Below the pieces are notes generated by a model, which searched no databases, was not told the origin of the DNA, and saw only the letters and a list, made by a program, of their open reading frames with translations. Positions 62,221 through 64,000 of a stretch of 64,000 bases of DNA are shown here, piece after piece; within the stretch, counting starts at the first letter, position 1, and the number at the start of each line of letters is the position of its first letter. The DNA lies in assembly GCA_038087875.1 (NCBI GenBank), contig CM075996.1, positions 7,194,001 through 7,258,000 on the forward strand, given 5' to 3'. The stretch comes from Malacoraja senta. Taxonomy: Eukaryota. The translations under genes were made by a program, and so were the position numbers.

Positions 62221-64000
62221 AAGTCTACTCCGCCATTCAATCATGACCGATCCATCTCTCCCTCCTTAAAGCCCTGTCCCACGGTACGAGTTCATTCCAA
62301 GAGCTCTCCCGAGTTTAAAAACAATCAAACTCGTGGTAAGCACGGAGAATGAACGTAGCGGGTACGTCGGAACTCGGGGACGTCCCTTAGCGGCTCGTAA
62401 CGCTAACGGCAGGTACTCGGGAAGACTCGCTAACGGCAGGTAAGCACGGGAAGACTCGTGAAGATTTTTAAACACGTTGAAAAATGTCCACGAGAGCCCC
62501 GAGTACCGACGAGCGGCCATTACCGTAAATCTCCGAGTTCGAATCAAAGCAAACTCGGGAGAGCTCTTGGAATGAACTCGTACCGTGGGACAGGGGTTTA
62601 ACCCCATTCTCCTGCCTTCTCCCCATAACCCCTGACACCCGTACTAATCAAACACGTACTAATTCAACACTGCCTCCATTTTCTGCACAGCAAGACCTCA
62701 CAAACACCAGTGTGATGACAAGATAGTCTCTTCCTTTTGCAGGAGAAATATTTGCCCGGACTTTACGGAATACACCTTTGTGCCTCTTCTAAAATTATGG
62801 TGTGTGGATTCTGGATCTGGAGCAACGGACTTTTTTATTTTGCACTATTTATTTATTAGTTTAGTTTAGAGATACGGCGCGGAAACAGGCGCTTCGGCCC
62901 AACGAGTCCCCACCAACCAGCGATCACACACTAGCACCATCCTACACACTGGGGACAATTTACACAGGTCACGGGGAGAATGTACAAACTCCGTACAGAT
63001 AGCAGCTGTAGTCAGGATCGAACCCGGGTCTCTGGCGTTGTGAGGCTGCAACTTTACTGCTGCGCCACCATGCAGGCCCGATTATGGTTTATTATGGTTA
63101 CCTAGTTATTATTTTATTGTATTATTGATTATTATATATTGATCAGTGTGTTATTGTGTTTAAGTGCGGCATAATAGGCGGCACAGTGGTGCAGCGGTAG
63201 AGTTGCTGCCTTACAGTGACCGGGTTCCATCCTGACTACGGGTGCTGTCTGTACGGAGTTTGCACGTTCTCCCAGTGACCTGCATGGGTTTTCTCTGAGA
63301 TCTACGATTTCCTCCCGCACTCCAAAGACGTACAGGTTTGTCGGCTAATTGGCTTGGTATCAATGTAAAATTCTTTCTAGTGTGTGTAGGATGGTGTTAG
63401 TGTCCGGGGATCGCTGGTCGGTGCGGAATCGGTGGGCCGAAGGGCCTGTTTCCGCGCGGTATCTCTGAACTAAACGAAATAACTCTAAACTATCTGTTTT
63501 GCGAGCTATTCAGACGAGTCACGTCAGGCATGAGTTCATCAGGTCATGCACAAGAGAAAATAAGCAGAGTACAGAACGTAGTGTTAGAGCTGCAGAGAAA
63601 GTGCAGATTAAAAAAAAAAAAGTGCAAGGGCCACAACAAGGTAGATTGGAAGATCTGGAATTCATCCCGAGCAAATGAAAAGTTCATTCAAGGATCTGGT
63701 GAACCATAATAGTGCAAAACTGAAGTCGTTAACTCAAAAACCAGAGGCCCTGTCCCATGAATTTATGTTACTTTGTGCCTCTGTACTGTCCCATCCATGT
63801 CAGAAGAGGGAGCAGCCTCTTTATGCTGCTGGCCTTGCCGAGGCAGCGTGAAGTGTAGATGAAGTCAAGGGAAGGGAGGTTGGTTTGTGCGATAGTCTGG
63901 GCTGCGTCCTCAATGATACTGCGTCCCCCTTACTCGACTATAGCGGACATTCGGCAATAATGGACACCACTCCTCGCCCCCCCCCCCTTCCATGGTCCGC

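Overview
Repeat-saturated vertebrate genomic DNA. The repeat families (HE1/V-SINE-type tRNA SINE, several CR1 LINEs, Penelope terminal repeats) point to a cartilaginous fish, probably a skate or ray. There is a 200-N assembly gap at 10070-10269. The only host gene I can support is a minus-strand R-Ras-subfamily GTPase (most like RRAS2/TC21): coding exon 1 at 38063-37965 and exon 2 at 11556-11469, separated by a 26.4 kb intron. Exon 3 onward was not found. The rest is nested transposable elements: about 30 V-SINE copies; CR1, L2, Rex/Babar and probable Hero fragments; a near-complete IR/DR Tc1 transposon; a 3 kb DIRS1-like gag-pol fragment; a hAT MITE; and PIF/Harbinger-like MITEs sharing one terminus. 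Most notable: (1) about 30 copies of a Penelope-derived short repeat carrying a minimal hammerhead ribozyme core, often as inverted pairs, on both strands of the gene; (2) an apparent MITE-primed templated copy of about 270 bp from 9.2 kb to 50.4 kb, later tandemly duplicated; (3) a DIRS fragment inserted into a CR1 without recognisable termini or a target-site duplication; (4) a CArG+ETS promoter element beside a 750 bp polypyrimidine tract. All coordinates and counts were read by eye, with no alignments or database searches.
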